In this document: positions 1 through 9,743 of the stretch, one piece after another
Numbering within the stretch: the stretch's first letter is position 1
Layout of the letters: every line of letters begins with the position of its first letter
Assembly: GCA_902599555.1 (NCBI GenBank)
Contig: CACKFQ010000004.1
Coordinates: 44,454 to 108,453, forward strand
Length of the DNA: 64,000 nucleotides
Direction: 5' to 3'
Source: an uncultured Candidatus Actinomarina sp.
GTDB lineage: Bacteria > Actinomycetota > Acidimicrobiia > Actinomarinales > Actinomarinaceae
The notes under the pieces: model-generated
Database searches by the model: none
The model's input: the letters and a program-made list of their open reading frames with translations, nothing else
Told to the model about the DNA's origin: nothing
Program-made: the position numbers and the translations under genes

Positions 1-300
1 AAATTTTGTGTCGACAGAATTTGTTTCAAGATTATTTGGTGTCTGCACACAAATAAAAACTATATCAGTTGATTGCCAATCCAAGCTTTCATAATTTGAA
101 TGAAAAGACATTCTGTTAAAATTTTCATCTTTTTCAAAGTAATTATCTAAATCTGGTTCAAAAAAAGGTAATTGCTTATCTTCAAGCTTTTGGATTTTAT
201 TACTATCTAAATCAATAAAAGAGACATTATGACCCTGTTCTGCAAAACCAACACCAGTTACAAGCCCTACATAGCCTGTTCCCACTATGACAATGTTCAT
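1..300 (-). CDS. ugd: UDP-glucose/nucleotide-sugar 6-dehydrogenase, N-terminal 100 codons (3' part lies beyond window edge)
   Basis: Reverse complement of 1..300 reads MNIVIVGTGYVGLVTGVGFAEQGHNVSFIDLDSNKIQKLEDKQLPFFEPDLDNYF... This shows the Rossmann GxGxxG and the P-x-x-EP-L region typical of UDP-glucose dehydrogenases. ATG at 300..298. Not in the ORF track because it is truncated. Confidence 0.8.
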   Translation of the reverse strand, partial: MNIVIVGTGYVGLVTGVGFAEQGHNVSFIDLDSNKIQKLEDKQLPFFEPDLDNYFEKDENFNRMSFHSNYESLDWQSTDIVFICVQTPNNLETNSVDTKF

Positions 301-342
301 ATTATGCCATGTTAACAATTAATAGATTTAATATAATTAGTA

Positions 343-1416
343 ATGATAAATTATATAGCTCACTGGGATAGAATACTGATTCAATCAAGAGTTGAAATCA
401 TCAATGAGTTACAAGATTATAATTTTAGAGCAATATGCCCTCACGATAAATCGAGTAAAATCAAAGATTATTATTCCGAAAATATAAACTGGAAAATATC
501 AAAAACTAAATTCTTTGATGTCAACGCAATTTTTAAATTAAAAAGAATACTGGACAACCTAGAGGAAAATAGCATAATTCATGTATTTACCTTAAAGTCT
601 GGATTCTTTTTTATGATTGCAACCTATTTTTCAAAGAAAAAATTTAATTCAACACTTTCTATAACAGGTTTGGGATACCTTTTTAGTAAACGTTTAAATA
701 CAAAATTGATAAAATTTTTTTTAAAACCTATTTTTGTGTGGCTCATTAATAAAACTTTCAAAAATATAATTTACCAAAATTCTAGTGATGAAAATCTTTT
801 CAATAAGTACTCAAAATTTACGAATAATTCACACCTGATTGAAAGTTCAGGCTTACAGGGAAATCAATATTTACTTAAAGAAAAATTTAATAAGCAATTA
901 AAAATTCTTTTGGCTGGGCGTTTATTAGAAGATAAGGGAATTAAAAAATATGTTAACTTAGCTTCTCAAATGAACTCTGATAATTTCAAATTTTACCTCG
1001 CAGGGGAATTGGATGAAGGGAACCCAAAGTCGCTAACCCAAAGAGATTTAGAAGATATTAAAAATAATAAATTTGTTGAGTACTTAGGTTACCTAGATTT
1101 AAAAAAAGAATTACAAGAATACGATGTTTTAATATCCTTATCTGATCATGAAGGATTTTCTAGAATTCTATTGGAAGCGGTTTATGTAGGACTTTATTGC
1201 ATAGCTTATAAAAATAGTGGTACTGAATTTATAGAAAATTTTCAAAATACCATAACTGTCGATTCTAAAGATTTGGAGTTAATTAATGATGAAATTACAA
1301 ATGTTTTAAATACTGAAAAGAGCGTTAGTCTTAACAATAGGGAAATTATTATTAAAAAATATTCGACCAAAAATATAGCTAATTCATTCAATGAAATCTA
1401 CAAATTGGATATTTAA
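343..1416 (+). CDS. Glycosyltransferase, GT-B fold (GT4/group 1-like)
   Basis: 357 aa. C-terminal half carries the group-1 motif region (SDHEGFSRILLEAVYVGL). Located in a glycan cluster with ugd, wecA-like and LCP genes. Confidence 0.7.
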   Translation: MINYIAHWDRILIQSRVEIINELQDYNFRAICPHDKSSKIKDYYSENINWKISKTKFFDVNAIFKLKRILDNLEENSIIHVFTLKSGFFFMIATYFSKKKFNSTLSITGLGYLFSKRLNTKLIKFFLKPIFVWLINKTFKNIIYQNSSDENLFNKYSKFTNNSHLIESSGLQGNQYLLKEKFNKQLKILLAGRLLEDKGIKKYVNLASQMNSDNFKFYLAGELDEGNPKSLTQRDLEDIKNNKFVEYLGYLDLKKELQEYDVLISLSDHEGFSRILLEAVYVGLYCIAYKNSGTEFIENFQNTITVDSKDLELINDEITNVLNTEKSVSLNNREIIIKKYSTKNIANSFNEIYKLDI

Positions 1417-1418
1417 AA

Positions 1419-2450
1419 ATGCAATTAAACATTTACTACGTAGCAACCTTGTCAATAGCATTATCTGGAGTATTTAATTGGATTATTCTGTATATAACCA
1501 AAAAATATAGTTTTAAAAAGTCATCTTTACTTAATGAAAAACGATTAGTAAATAAAAACACTCCCCCTCTTGGAGGAGTTGCTTCTGCTGCAGCATTCTT
1601 TATTTCAGTAAATTTTTTAGGTGATGCAGATTACAACTTTATAATTATTGGTGGTTTTAGTTTATTAATCTCTATCCTTGGATCAATTGATGATTTTTTT
1701 AACCTTAGTTGGAAGATAAAACTTTTTTTTCAAAGTATTTTCGTCGCAATGCCAATAATATATTTGAACATATTTTTAAATATTGAATCTTTATTAAATC
1801 TAGATTTAAATAATTCTTTTAACTTTTTAATATCCGTACTTTGGGTTATTTTGATAATTAATTCAATTAATTTTATCGATAACATGGATGGCTTAGCAGT
1901 GGTTGTAACTGGAAGTATATGCTATCAATCAATATTATTAACTTATTCACTAAATCAGAATAAATTAACAGACCTATCAGTTGTATTGTTGTTCGTAATT
2001 TTAGGTTTTTTTATTTACAATTTTCCTCCAGCAAAATTGTATCTTGGTGATTCTGGAAGTTTATTTATTGGATTTTGTTTAGGTTTTTTAAGCATTCTTT
2101 TTACATGGAACTCTGAACAAGATTATCTTTTAAGTTATGCACTGAGCCCTGTTCTCTTGTTCTTTACAATTCCTTTGCTAGATTTCTTAGTAATAATGTG
2201 GCATAGAATAAGTAATGGGATTTCTCCAACTCAAGGTGGGACCGATCACATATCTCACAGGTTGCTAGCAAAAGGTTTTTCGGAAAAACAAGTTCTATTT
2301 TTATTTTTTATTTTTAGTGCTCTAAATTTTGTACTGATTCTAGGATATGTATTTTTAGATAGCACCCTTTCAACAATGGTTTTATTAGTCTATCTTCTAC
2401 AAATCATTTTTCTATTTAACTATTTTCGAAAATTAGATGTTTTAAGTTAA
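1419..2450 (+). CDS. Polyprenyl-phosphate N-acetylhexosamine-1-phosphate transferase (MraY/WecA/TagO family, GT4 membrane enzyme)
   Basis: 343 aa polytopic membrane protein with family motifs NFIDNMDGL and LGDSGSLFIG. Starts 2 nt after the upstream GT. Confidence 0.85.
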   Translation: MQLNIYYVATLSIALSGVFNWIILYITKKYSFKKSSLLNEKRLVNKNTPPLGGVASAAAFFISVNFLGDADYNFIIIGGFSLLISILGSIDDFFNLSWKIKLFFQSIFVAMPIIYLNIFLNIESLLNLDLNNSFNFLISVLWVILIINSINFIDNMDGLAVVVTGSICYQSILLTYSLNQNKLTDLSVVLLFVILGFFIYNFPPAKLYLGDSGSLFIGFCLGFLSILFTWNSEQDYLLSYALSPVLLFFTIPLLDFLVIMWHRISNGISPTQGGTDHISHRLLAKGFSEKQVLFLFFIFSALNFVLILGYVFLDSTLSTMVLLVYLLQIIFLFNYFRKLDVLS

Positions 2451-3161
2451 AAGGTTCTCTAATTCAATAATTCTGTCTGGTGTTCCAGCATCAACCCACC
2501 AACCACCAAACTCAACATTGGTACACTTTTTTTCGTTTATATATATGTTTATAAGATCAGTTATCTCATATTCGCCTCTTGAAGACGGAGAAAGCTTCTT
2601 TATGTTGTCCATAGCAAGAGAATCAAATATGTATAGCCCTACTACAGCTAAGTTGCTTTTAGGTTGCTTTGGCTTTTCTTCAATGTGAGTAACATTTCCT
2701 AGATCATCTACTGATGCAACACCAAATTCATTTGGATTTGTGACTTTTGTTGTAAAGATAATGCACCCACCTTCATCACTAAATTTGTTCAAATCTAATT
2801 CCTTTATCAAATTTTCCTCAAAAAAGTTGTCCCCCAAAACGAAAATCACTGTATCTCCAGTACGAATATATTGTTCAGCTTTTGAAAATGCATGAGAAAT
2901 TCCTTTTGGATTATCCTGAATTGCATATTTGATAATCAAATCAGGAAAAGCCTGGGATGTAACTTCTCTAATTAATGAATCAAAATTTGGATTAGTAATA
3001 ATAACAAATTCTTCAACACCCCATTGATTCAATTGATTAATTTGTTGATTTATCATAGGTATTGAATTGACCTCAAGAAGAACTTTTGTCTTATCATTAT
3101 CCCTGAAGCCTTGAAGCCTTGTACCTAAGCCCCCTGCAGCAATTACACACTTAATTCCCAT
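2442..3161 (-). CDS. Sugar-1-phosphate nucleotidylyltransferase (RmlA-like short form)
   Basis: 239 aa with N-terminal AAGGLGTRL, LGDNFF, and EEKPKQPKSNLAVVGLYIF, which are characteristic of glucose-1-phosphate thymidylyl/uridylyltransferases. Confidence 0.8.
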   Translation of the reverse strand: MGIKCVIAAGGLGTRLQGFRDNDKTKVLLEVNSIPMINQQINQLNQWGVEEFVIITNPNFDSLIREVTSQAFPDLIIKYAIQDNPKGISHAFSKAEQYIRTGDTVIFVLGDNFFEENLIKELDLNKFSDEGGCIIFTTKVTNPNEFGVASVDDLGNVTHIEEKPKQPKSNLAVVGLYIFDSLAMDNIKKLSPSSRGEYEITDLINIYINEKKCTNVEFGGWWVDAGTPDRIIELENLLT

Positions 3162-3196
3162 TACAAATTTATTATATAGTTATACTTTAAATTTGG

Positions 3197-4324
3197 TTGA
3201 TAATGAATATTCAAAATAGATATTATTACTTGTTAGGAACTATTGTTGCTATAGGTATCTCTGCTTATTTATTTATCTTTCCCAACTTTGAAACAGCAGA
3301 GTTTGATACTGAAGTGATAGAAAATATTTCTAAAGGTGTAACAACTACTGTTGTAGGCAATGAAAACAAAGAGGAAATAAATGAAGAAGTAGCTGGGAGT
3401 GAAAATATTGATATAGAAAATGAAAACCCCGATACAGTAAATAAGTTTTTAGTTAATTCAACCGCAGAAAAAGATATTGAAAATTTTACTGTTTATCTAT
3501 TAATTGGTTCTGATGAGAGAAGTGAGAATTCTTCTAAATCAAGGGGCTATGTTGATGGAGAGAGAGCTGATGTTATTATTTTGGGATTGGTTAATGAGAT
3601 TACTAGTGAAAAGCATTTAATTTCGATTCCCAGAGATGTGCTTATCAGCAATCCGTGCACAAAGGAAGTTACAAGGATAAACGCAACGTACAGTAAAAAT
3701 AGTTGTGGTAATAAAGCTGAAAATTTAGCTGCTTCAATAAAAGTATTAACTGGAATAAATATTAATCATTTTGCAAGTTTCAATTTTGAAGGTTTTGAAA
3801 AAATTATTGATTCATTTAATGGTGTTGAAATTTGTGTTGATCAAACACAGCGTGAAGGATTTTCATTTGAACTTCAAAAGGGTTGTCAAACTGTTTCGGG
3901 TGCCACGGCGTTAAATTGGGTAGTTTCAAGAAATACTGAAGTACTTGTTGGAGAAAAAGTTGTTGATACCAGTGGTAACGATAAATCAGAATGGATGAAG
4001 ATGGAAGGTGTAAGCGACCTCTCAAGAAATGAAAGACAGCAATATATTATTTTGCAATTATTGAATGGAGTTAGAGACTTTAAAAGCTTGAATGAACTAA
4101 ATCAGTTTATAAATGCTCTCGAGGATGCTTTTATAATCGATGAAAACCTTACAATAAATAAAGCGGTTAATCTTCTATGGGGCTTCAGAGGAGAAGATAT
4201 AAATAGTATAAAACAACACTCTTTACCAGTTGAAAACTATGTACTTGCTGATGGTAGACAGGTACTAATTATGACCGAAAACTTTTCAAAATTTGCTACT
4301 TCTATTGGTATATTGGAAAACTAA
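3197..4324 (+). CDS. LytR-CpsA-Psr (LCP) family cell-wall glycopolymer ligase
   Basis: 375 aa with an N-terminal TM anchor, then LCP core motifs (RADVIILG, ISIPRD, NHFASFNFEGFEKIIDSFNGVEI). The track start is TTG; an ATG at 3203 is an alternative start. Confidence 0.85.
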   Translation: MIMNIQNRYYYLLGTIVAIGISAYLFIFPNFETAEFDTEVIENISKGVTTTVVGNENKEEINEEVAGSENIDIENENPDTVNKFLVNSTAEKDIENFTVYLLIGSDERSENSSKSRGYVDGERADVIILGLVNEITSEKHLISIPRDVLISNPCTKEVTRINATYSKNSCGNKAENLAASIKVLTGININHFASFNFEGFEKIIDSFNGVEICVDQTQREGFSFELQKGCQTVSGATALNWVVSRNTEVLVGEKVVDTSGNDKSEWMKMEGVSDLSRNERQQYIILQLLNGVRDFKSLNELNQFINALEDAFIIDENLTINKAVNLLWGFRGEDINSIKQHSLPVENYVLADGRQVLIMTENFSKFATSIGILEN

Positions 4325-6312
4325 TTTTTCAAGGTCCTTTTTAACAAAAAAATTGGTACTAACCAAAAATAAATTGAAACGTCAGGTGCATAAATTAAAT
4401 CATTAGTTAAATTTTGAGTTATAAGCATTGAAAATATTACTATCTCAAGAGTATTTTCTTTATTAATATTTTTTAATATTAAGTAAAGGATGCTTATAAC
4501 AATTATCAAAACTGGCAAAAGTCCATATTCAACTGACATTGTTAAAAAGCCATTATGAGATGTTGTGATTTCATCATACTGAGAAAGAGTAAATTCAGAT
4601 ATTGATGAATCAAATTTTCCATTGTTAAATATTAATTTTCCAGATCTTAAACTTTGCCCACCTAGAAAGTTAGAGTATCCACTAACAATATCGTCAACCC
4701 AGAAAAAATACATTCTTCCGTCGATTATTGACCATTTCCATGACTGATTATTAATATTTCCATCATTAGATAAAATCGAACTCTGGCTAAAAAGTGTCTC
4801 ATTACCTTTTGGTATGTTGTCTAATTTAAGTTGAATAATTATTTCAAAATCTTCACCAGAGATATTGTTTTCGTTAGGTAAGGCAATCCAATAACTTCTC
4901 GGACGTTTAAGTTTTATAGCGTCATCTTTGTAAACAATTTTTCCATCATTCCTATTGTCATAATATTGGTTAGACATTGGTAGGTAGATAAAATAATCTT
5001 TATCACGATTGTCTTCAGTAAAATTTATTTCTTTTTTATTATTTCCTGCATTTACGATTACTTTTTTTATGAAACCATCTAAGTACGAGCCTCCAGGAGA
5101 TTGCCCATCTGCCCATCCCCCAACTTCAAAAAATGAAGTATTTTCTATGAGGTCTATGACTAACCCACTAGTATGGTTTGAACCAATCTGATTCCAATTT
5201 AATCCATCATTTGAGTAGTAAAAAGAAATAATTGACCTAGGTAAAAAGCTGTCTCTGTAGTCAAATTTAAATTTTAGAAATCCTTCAGCAGGACTATCCT
5301 CTAACTCTTTATTTTGATTCTCTTTCGTAATTAGCTCATTATCATCATATACAATATTAAATTCTTCATTTAATACATCATCATCCAGGGTAATTAAATA
5401 GTCTTTATAAACTTTTTTTATGTAATTTCCTCCACCAGACCCAGAAATAATCTCTACATTATTTATTCCTAATGAATTTAAAAAAGATCTATTAGATTGC
5501 TTTAAAAATATTGAAGGATAAAAGTAAATAATTCCTAATGAAAAAATTAATCCAATAGAAAATATTTTAATTTTTGAAGATTTATCAATATTTTTTGAAA
5601 AATACAAGATAAGTGTTAATCCTACAAAAAATGCTAAGTACGAACCTCTCGAAAATGTGAGATACAAATTTAATAGAGCTATTAACAAAAAAGCTGTATT
5701 AAATTTATTAGTAAAAAAATATTTCTTAAAGTTATCTGAAGTAGTTAAATTATTAATACAAATTAAAGCATACACAGAACAAAAAATTCCTATCACATTG
5801 GGGCCACCACCTTGAAAACCTCCCAGCCTACCTGATGTAAATGGATTAATGCTTCCAGAATTATTTAAAACCCACCCATCAATTGTTCCTGGTAATTGCA
5901 ATTGAAAAATTACTAGAAAAAAGTTTGCTAACATGACGATCCATAATTGATTAAATACTTCTAGTAATGATTCTTTGTTTTTTTCAATTGAGTCAATACA
6001 AAGAAACCCAAGTAAGAAGTAAAAATAAAATCTTAAATTGATTTGATTAAAAATTGTAAACTCACTGGATATAAACGATGTATAAATAATGAAACATATT
6101 AAAAATGTATAAAATACTTTATCAAAATTTGTTAAATTAAAATTTTTAATTTTTTGCATTAAAAGAACTAAAAACAAAAAAATTAAAGGTAAATCTTCTA
6201 AATTTATTCCAAAAAGGTCTGCCCCATAATTTGCTGGAATAAGTAATGTTAATGCGAAAATTGTGCCAATGTTTTTAGAATTTATTTTTACATTGTTCAT
6301 AAATTTCTTCAA
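4321..6312 (-). CDS. O-antigen ligase/polymerase-like (Wzy_C-type) membrane protein with a large inserted extracytoplasmic LamG/ConA-like region
   Basis: 663 aa. Multi-TM N-terminal part contains the LTFSRGSYLAFFVG motif. A distal SHNGFLTMSVEYGLLP motif is followed by TM helices. These are separated by about 317 soluble residues (aa 272-588) with jelly-roll-like strings (GGWADGQSPGGSYLDGFIKKVIV; SWKWSIIDGRMYFFWVDD). The track start is TTG at 6312; an ATG at 6300 is an alternative. Confidence 0.65.
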   Translation of the reverse strand: MKKFMNNVKINSKNIGTIFALTLLIPANYGADLFGINLEDLPLIFLFLVLLMQKIKNFNLTNFDKVFYTFLICFIIYTSFISSEFTIFNQINLRFYFYFLLGFLCIDSIEKNKESLLEVFNQLWIVMLANFFLVIFQLQLPGTIDGWVLNNSGSINPFTSGRLGGFQGGGPNVIGIFCSVYALICINNLTTSDNFKKYFFTNKFNTAFLLIALLNLYLTFSRGSYLAFFVGLTLILYFSKNIDKSSKIKIFSIGLIFSLGIIYFYPSIFLKQSNRSFLNSLGINNVEIISGSGGGNYIKKVYKDYLITLDDDVLNEEFNIVYDDNELITKENQNKELEDSPAEGFLKFKFDYRDSFLPRSIISFYYSNDGLNWNQIGSNHTSGLVIDLIENTSFFEVGGWADGQSPGGSYLDGFIKKVIVNAGNNKKEINFTEDNRDKDYFIYLPMSNQYYDNRNDGKIVYKDDAIKLKRPRSYWIALPNENNISGEDFEIIIQLKLDNIPKGNETLFSQSSILSNDGNINNQSWKWSIIDGRMYFFWVDDIVSGYSNFLGGQSLRSGKLIFNNGKFDSSISEFTLSQYDEITTSHNGFLTMSVEYGLLPVLIIVISILYLILKNINKENTLEIVIFSMLITQNLTNDLIYAPDVSIYFWLVPIFLLKRTLKN

Positions 6313-6313
6313 G

Positions 6314-6387
6314 TGGGCCCGGCAGGACTCGAACCTGCGACCGACGGATTATGAGTCCGTTGCTCTAACCAACTGAGCTACAGGCCC
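6314..6387 (-). tRNA. tRNA-Met (anticodon CAT), elongator type; Ile2/lysidine identity not excluded
   Basis: Reverse complement GGGCCTGTAGCTCAGTTGGTTAGAGCAACGGACTCATAATCCGTCGGTCGCAGGTTCGAGTCCTGCCGGGCCCA folds as a cloverleaf. G1-C72 is paired, so it is not an initiator. No encoded CCA. Confidence 0.9.
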
Positions 6388-6393
6388 TTTTAA

Positions 6394-6681
6394 CTATGAA
6401 ATTATTGATTGAACTTTAAGAGCAAGACTCATATCACCAGCAACTTTTAATTTACCGGTCATGAAAGCCGCTTGTGGACTTGAAGATCCATCCATAATTG
6501 CTTGCATAGTTTCAGTATCTGTTGTAACTGTACAAGTTGCTTCGTTATCGTCTGATGAAATTTCTCCATTTACACCATCGATAAAAACAATTGTATCGTC
6601 AGCAACAAATTTAACTGAACCACCTAAAACACTTAGATCTTTTCCTTCAGCTCTTTCTTTAACTATTGCGAGATAATCCAT
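6394..6681 (-). CDS. SCP2 sterol/lipid-carrier domain protein
   Basis: C-terminal AFMTGKLKVAGDMSLALKVQSI is the SCP-2 signature. I place the start at the ATG at 6681, which is preceded by GGAGGAAAA (strong SD), rather than at the track start 6696. Confidence 0.8.
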   Translation of the reverse strand: MDYLAIVKERAEGKDLSVLGGSVKFVADDTIVFIDGVNGEISSDDNEATCTVTTDTETMQAIMDGSSSPQAAFMTGKLKVAGDMSLALKVQSIIS

Positions 6682-6726
6682 TTTTCCTCCATTCACTTTA
6701 ATTATAGTGAAAAATTAAATGTATAG

Positions 6727-6799
6727 CTCCGAGGGTGGGACTTGAACCCACAACCAACGGATTAACAGTCCGCTGCTCTGCCAATTGAGCTACCTCGGA
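6727..6799 (-). tRNA. tRNA-Asn (anticodon GTT)
   Basis: Reverse complement TCCGAGGTAGCTCAATTGGCAGAGCAGCGGACTGTTAATCCGTTGGTTGTGGGTTCAAGTCCCACCCTCGGAG gives a canonical cloverleaf. Confidence 0.92.
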
Positions 6800-6822
6800 T
6801 AGCAAATTAATAATACTAGAAT

Positions 6823-8448
6823 TCAAATGGTATTCTGATAAATTTCTTTTTTCTTTTTTAAGTCTTCAACTTGCTGTAATAAAGTGAAGTCTTTTTTTTC
6901 CTGTTCTTCAAATCTATTTATTAATGTTTCAATTTTAAAATTTGCAAAATGAAGATATAGCCTAACGACAGCCTCTTCATATTGATCTGGTAAAAAAGAT
7001 ATATTTTGATATTCTTTGCTTTTGTTTTTGTCATTTTCAAGAGTGCTTATTAACTCAGCGTACTCACTGCTTAAGGACAGAATTTCATTTTCATTTTCTG
7101 ATATATCAAAATTATTCTGAACTATATTTGCTGTAACAATATCTTGAAATATTGAAACAGAATTTAATGACGTCTCACCTACTTGTTCAAACTCTTCCTC
7201 TGTTTGAAAGTTCAGCTCTCTCTTTAGAATTTCTTTTTCAGTATTTAACTTTGCAGACAATAAATCCAAAGCTATATCAACTTCCAAAGGGCTTAATTTA
7301 GCAGTAATTTTTCTGAAATAATTAAAGACGCTTTTTTTATTTGATTCTTTTCTTAGAAATTTATTTATTAAATATTCAATTATCTCGTCATTATCCTTTA
7401 ATATATCATCAAATGTTTCGGGTTTTGTTTCAAAAACATCAGATATATCTTTATATTCAGTTGGAAGATTAAGGCAGTGAATTTCAACTTGTTTTGAAAT
7501 TTGGTTTTTTATTTCCAAGACTCTTTCAGTTGCTTTTAAACCAGCTTCATCATTGTCAAAACAAACCAGAATTTTACTTGTGTACTTTGAGATAGATTCT
7601 AATTGTTGATAGGTTAATGCTGTTCCAGAAGGTGATGCCGAATTTGCGTAACCTAACTTGTTTAAAGAAAGTACGTCAAAATAACCCTCTACAATAAATG
7701 CATATCCCTTCTTTTTAGTTGCAGTTATAAATTCATTAGTAAAGTAGAGATTTCTATTTTTCTTATATAGTACTGAATCTGAAGAATTTAAATACTTAGG
7801 ACCAAAATCGTCTACTGCCCTTCCTCCAAAAGCAATAATATTGTTTCTAAAACTTAATATTGGAAACATTATTCTGTTCTTAAAAAGCATATTTCCATTA
7901 CTACTTATGAATCCAAGTCTCTGAAGATCATCTTTAGTTATTTCATTTGTTTTACAAAATTTATTAAAGCTTTCTTCATCTTTACTGATAAAAGAAATTG
8001 AATATTTCTCTATATCTATGTTGTCATACTTTCTTTTTTGTAAATATGCTTTTGCGTCTTTGGATATGTTAGATTTCATTGTTTCTAAGAAATAGTTGTT
8101 AATTAGATCTATCTTTTCTTGATAAACTTTAAAATCATTGTTGTCACCAGTTTGGGTATAAGTAAGCTTAAACCCATATTTTTCTGCGACAAACTCTATT
8201 GCATCTTGGAACTCTAAATTATTTATTTCTTGTACATATTTAAAAATATCACCCCCCTCTTTGCATCCAAAGCAATGAAAGAGGTTTTCGACATCTGTAA
8301 AACTCATACTTGCAGTTTTTTCGCCATGAAATGGGCATAAAGCCATTCCTTTTGTGCCCCTTAATTTACCTGATGTTGTGGCCAGAATAAAGTCACTAAT
8401 TTTTGACCTTTTCTTAAGGTCCTCTATAGATTGCCTAGCTATTCCCAT
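6823..8448 (-). CDS. dnaG: DNA primase
   Basis: 541 aa. Zinc-ribbon CPFHGEKTASMSF...CFGC, followed by TOPRIM-region motifs (EGYFDV, CFDNDEAG). Confidence 0.93.
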   Translation of the reverse strand: MGIARQSIEDLKKRSKISDFILATTSGKLRGTKGMALCPFHGEKTASMSFTDVENLFHCFGCKEGGDIFKYVQEINNLEFQDAIEFVAEKYGFKLTYTQTGDNNDFKVYQEKIDLINNYFLETMKSNISKDAKAYLQKRKYDNIDIEKYSISFISKDEESFNKFCKTNEITKDDLQRLGFISSNGNMLFKNRIMFPILSFRNNIIAFGGRAVDDFGPKYLNSSDSVLYKKNRNLYFTNEFITATKKKGYAFIVEGYFDVLSLNKLGYANSASPSGTALTYQQLESISKYTSKILVCFDNDEAGLKATERVLEIKNQISKQVEIHCLNLPTEYKDISDVFETKPETFDDILKDNDEIIEYLINKFLRKESNKKSVFNYFRKITAKLSPLEVDIALDLLSAKLNTEKEILKRELNFQTEEEFEQVGETSLNSVSIFQDIVTANIVQNNFDISENENEILSLSSEYAELISTLENDKNKSKEYQNISFLPDQYEEAVVRLYLHFANFKIETLINRFEEQEKKDFTLLQQVEDLKKKKEIYQNTI

Positions 8449-9743
8449 TACAGATCACTAAAAAAACCGGGAAGGGCTGTTATTAAAATTCTTTCTTGTT
8501 CCATTGAGTCTCTGCTTCTTATTGTCACACTATTGTCATCAAGAGAATCAAAATCTACTGTAATACAGTATGGAGTACCAATTTCGTCTTGTCGTCTGTA
8601 TCTTTTTCCTATTGATTGAGTAACATCAATTTCAGTTCTATAGTTTTCCTGTAAGATATTTTTGATATTATTTGAAACCTCAATTAACTCATCTTTTTTG
8701 CTTAATGGCAATATTCCAATTTGTATTGGCGCAATATTAAAATCAAAACGAAAAAGTGTTCTTGTTGTATCATTCACTTCTTCTTCATCATAACAAGAAC
8801 AAAGTAGAGCAAATAATGTTCTAGTTAATCCTCCAGCAGGCTCTATTACGGTTGGTGTTATTTTTTCATTGGTTTCGGGGTCAAAGTAAGACATATCTTT
8901 CCCACTTGCTTTTTCATGAGAAGAAAGATCAAAAGTGCCTCTATTTGCTATTCCCTCAAGCTCTCCCCATCCCCATGGGTACAAAAACTCAATATCAACA
9001 GTTTTTGAAGCATAATGAGCTAATTCATTGTCACTATGCTCTCTAAGTCGAAGGCTGGTATCTGGGATTCCAATAGATCTATACCATTCCATTCTCTTTT
9101 TTACCCAATAATCAAACCATTTATTTTCATCTTCTTCTTTACAGAAGAATTCAATCTCCATTTGCTCAAACTCTCTAGTCCTAAAAATAAACTGTCCAGG
9201 TGTTATTTCATTTCTGAAAGATTTTCCAATATTTGCAATTCCAAAAGGAATCTTTGCTCTCATTGTTCTCAAAACATTCTCAAAATTTACAAATATACCT
9301 TGTGCTGTTTCTGGCCTCAAGTAAACAGTTGAGTTTTCATTTTGTACCGGACCAATGCTTGTTTCAAACATAAGATTAAATTGCCGAGGCTCAGTAAGAT
9401 CTTCTTTGTTTATATCGTCTGGAACTTGATCAGCTCTATATCTTTCACCAGTTGGTTTATGATCAACCATAGGATCTGAGAATTCAGCTATATGGCCTGA
9501 AGCTTTCCACACTTCAGAACTTTGAATAATAGCTGTATCAACAGGAAAAATAGCTATTTCGCTGTCATTATCAATATCTTTCCACCAATATTTAGATATA
9601 TTATTTTTAAGCAAAACTCCAAGAGGTCCGTAATCATAGGAGCTTCTGAGACCACCATAAATAGAAGACGCATTAAAGACAAATCCTCTTGCTTGTGCGA
9701 CCTTTACTACTTTTTCAAATAATTCTCTGTTAGGTTCTTCCAT
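8448..9743 (-). CDS. glyQS: Glycine--tRNA ligase (alpha2 class II type)
   Basis: 431 aa with YLRPETAQGIFVNF and other class II GlyRS strings. Sits in uppS-glyQS-dnaG synteny. Confidence 0.93.
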   Translation of the reverse strand: MEEPNRELFEKVVKVAQARGFVFNASSIYGGLRSSYDYGPLGVLLKNNISKYWWKDIDNDSEIAIFPVDTAIIQSSEVWKASGHIAEFSDPMVDHKPTGERYRADQVPDDINKEDLTEPRQFNLMFETSIGPVQNENSTVYLRPETAQGIFVNFENVLRTMRAKIPFGIANIGKSFRNEITPGQFIFRTREFEQMEIEFFCKEEDENKWFDYWVKKRMEWYRSIGIPDTSLRLREHSDNELAHYASKTVDIEFLYPWGWGELEGIANRGTFDLSSHEKASGKDMSYFDPETNEKITPTVIEPAGGLTRTLFALLCSCYDEEEVNDTTRTLFRFDFNIAPIQIGILPLSKKDELIEVSNNIKNILQENYRTEIDVTQSIGKRYRRQDEIGTPYCITVDFDSLDDNSVTIRSRDSMEQERILITALPGFFSDL

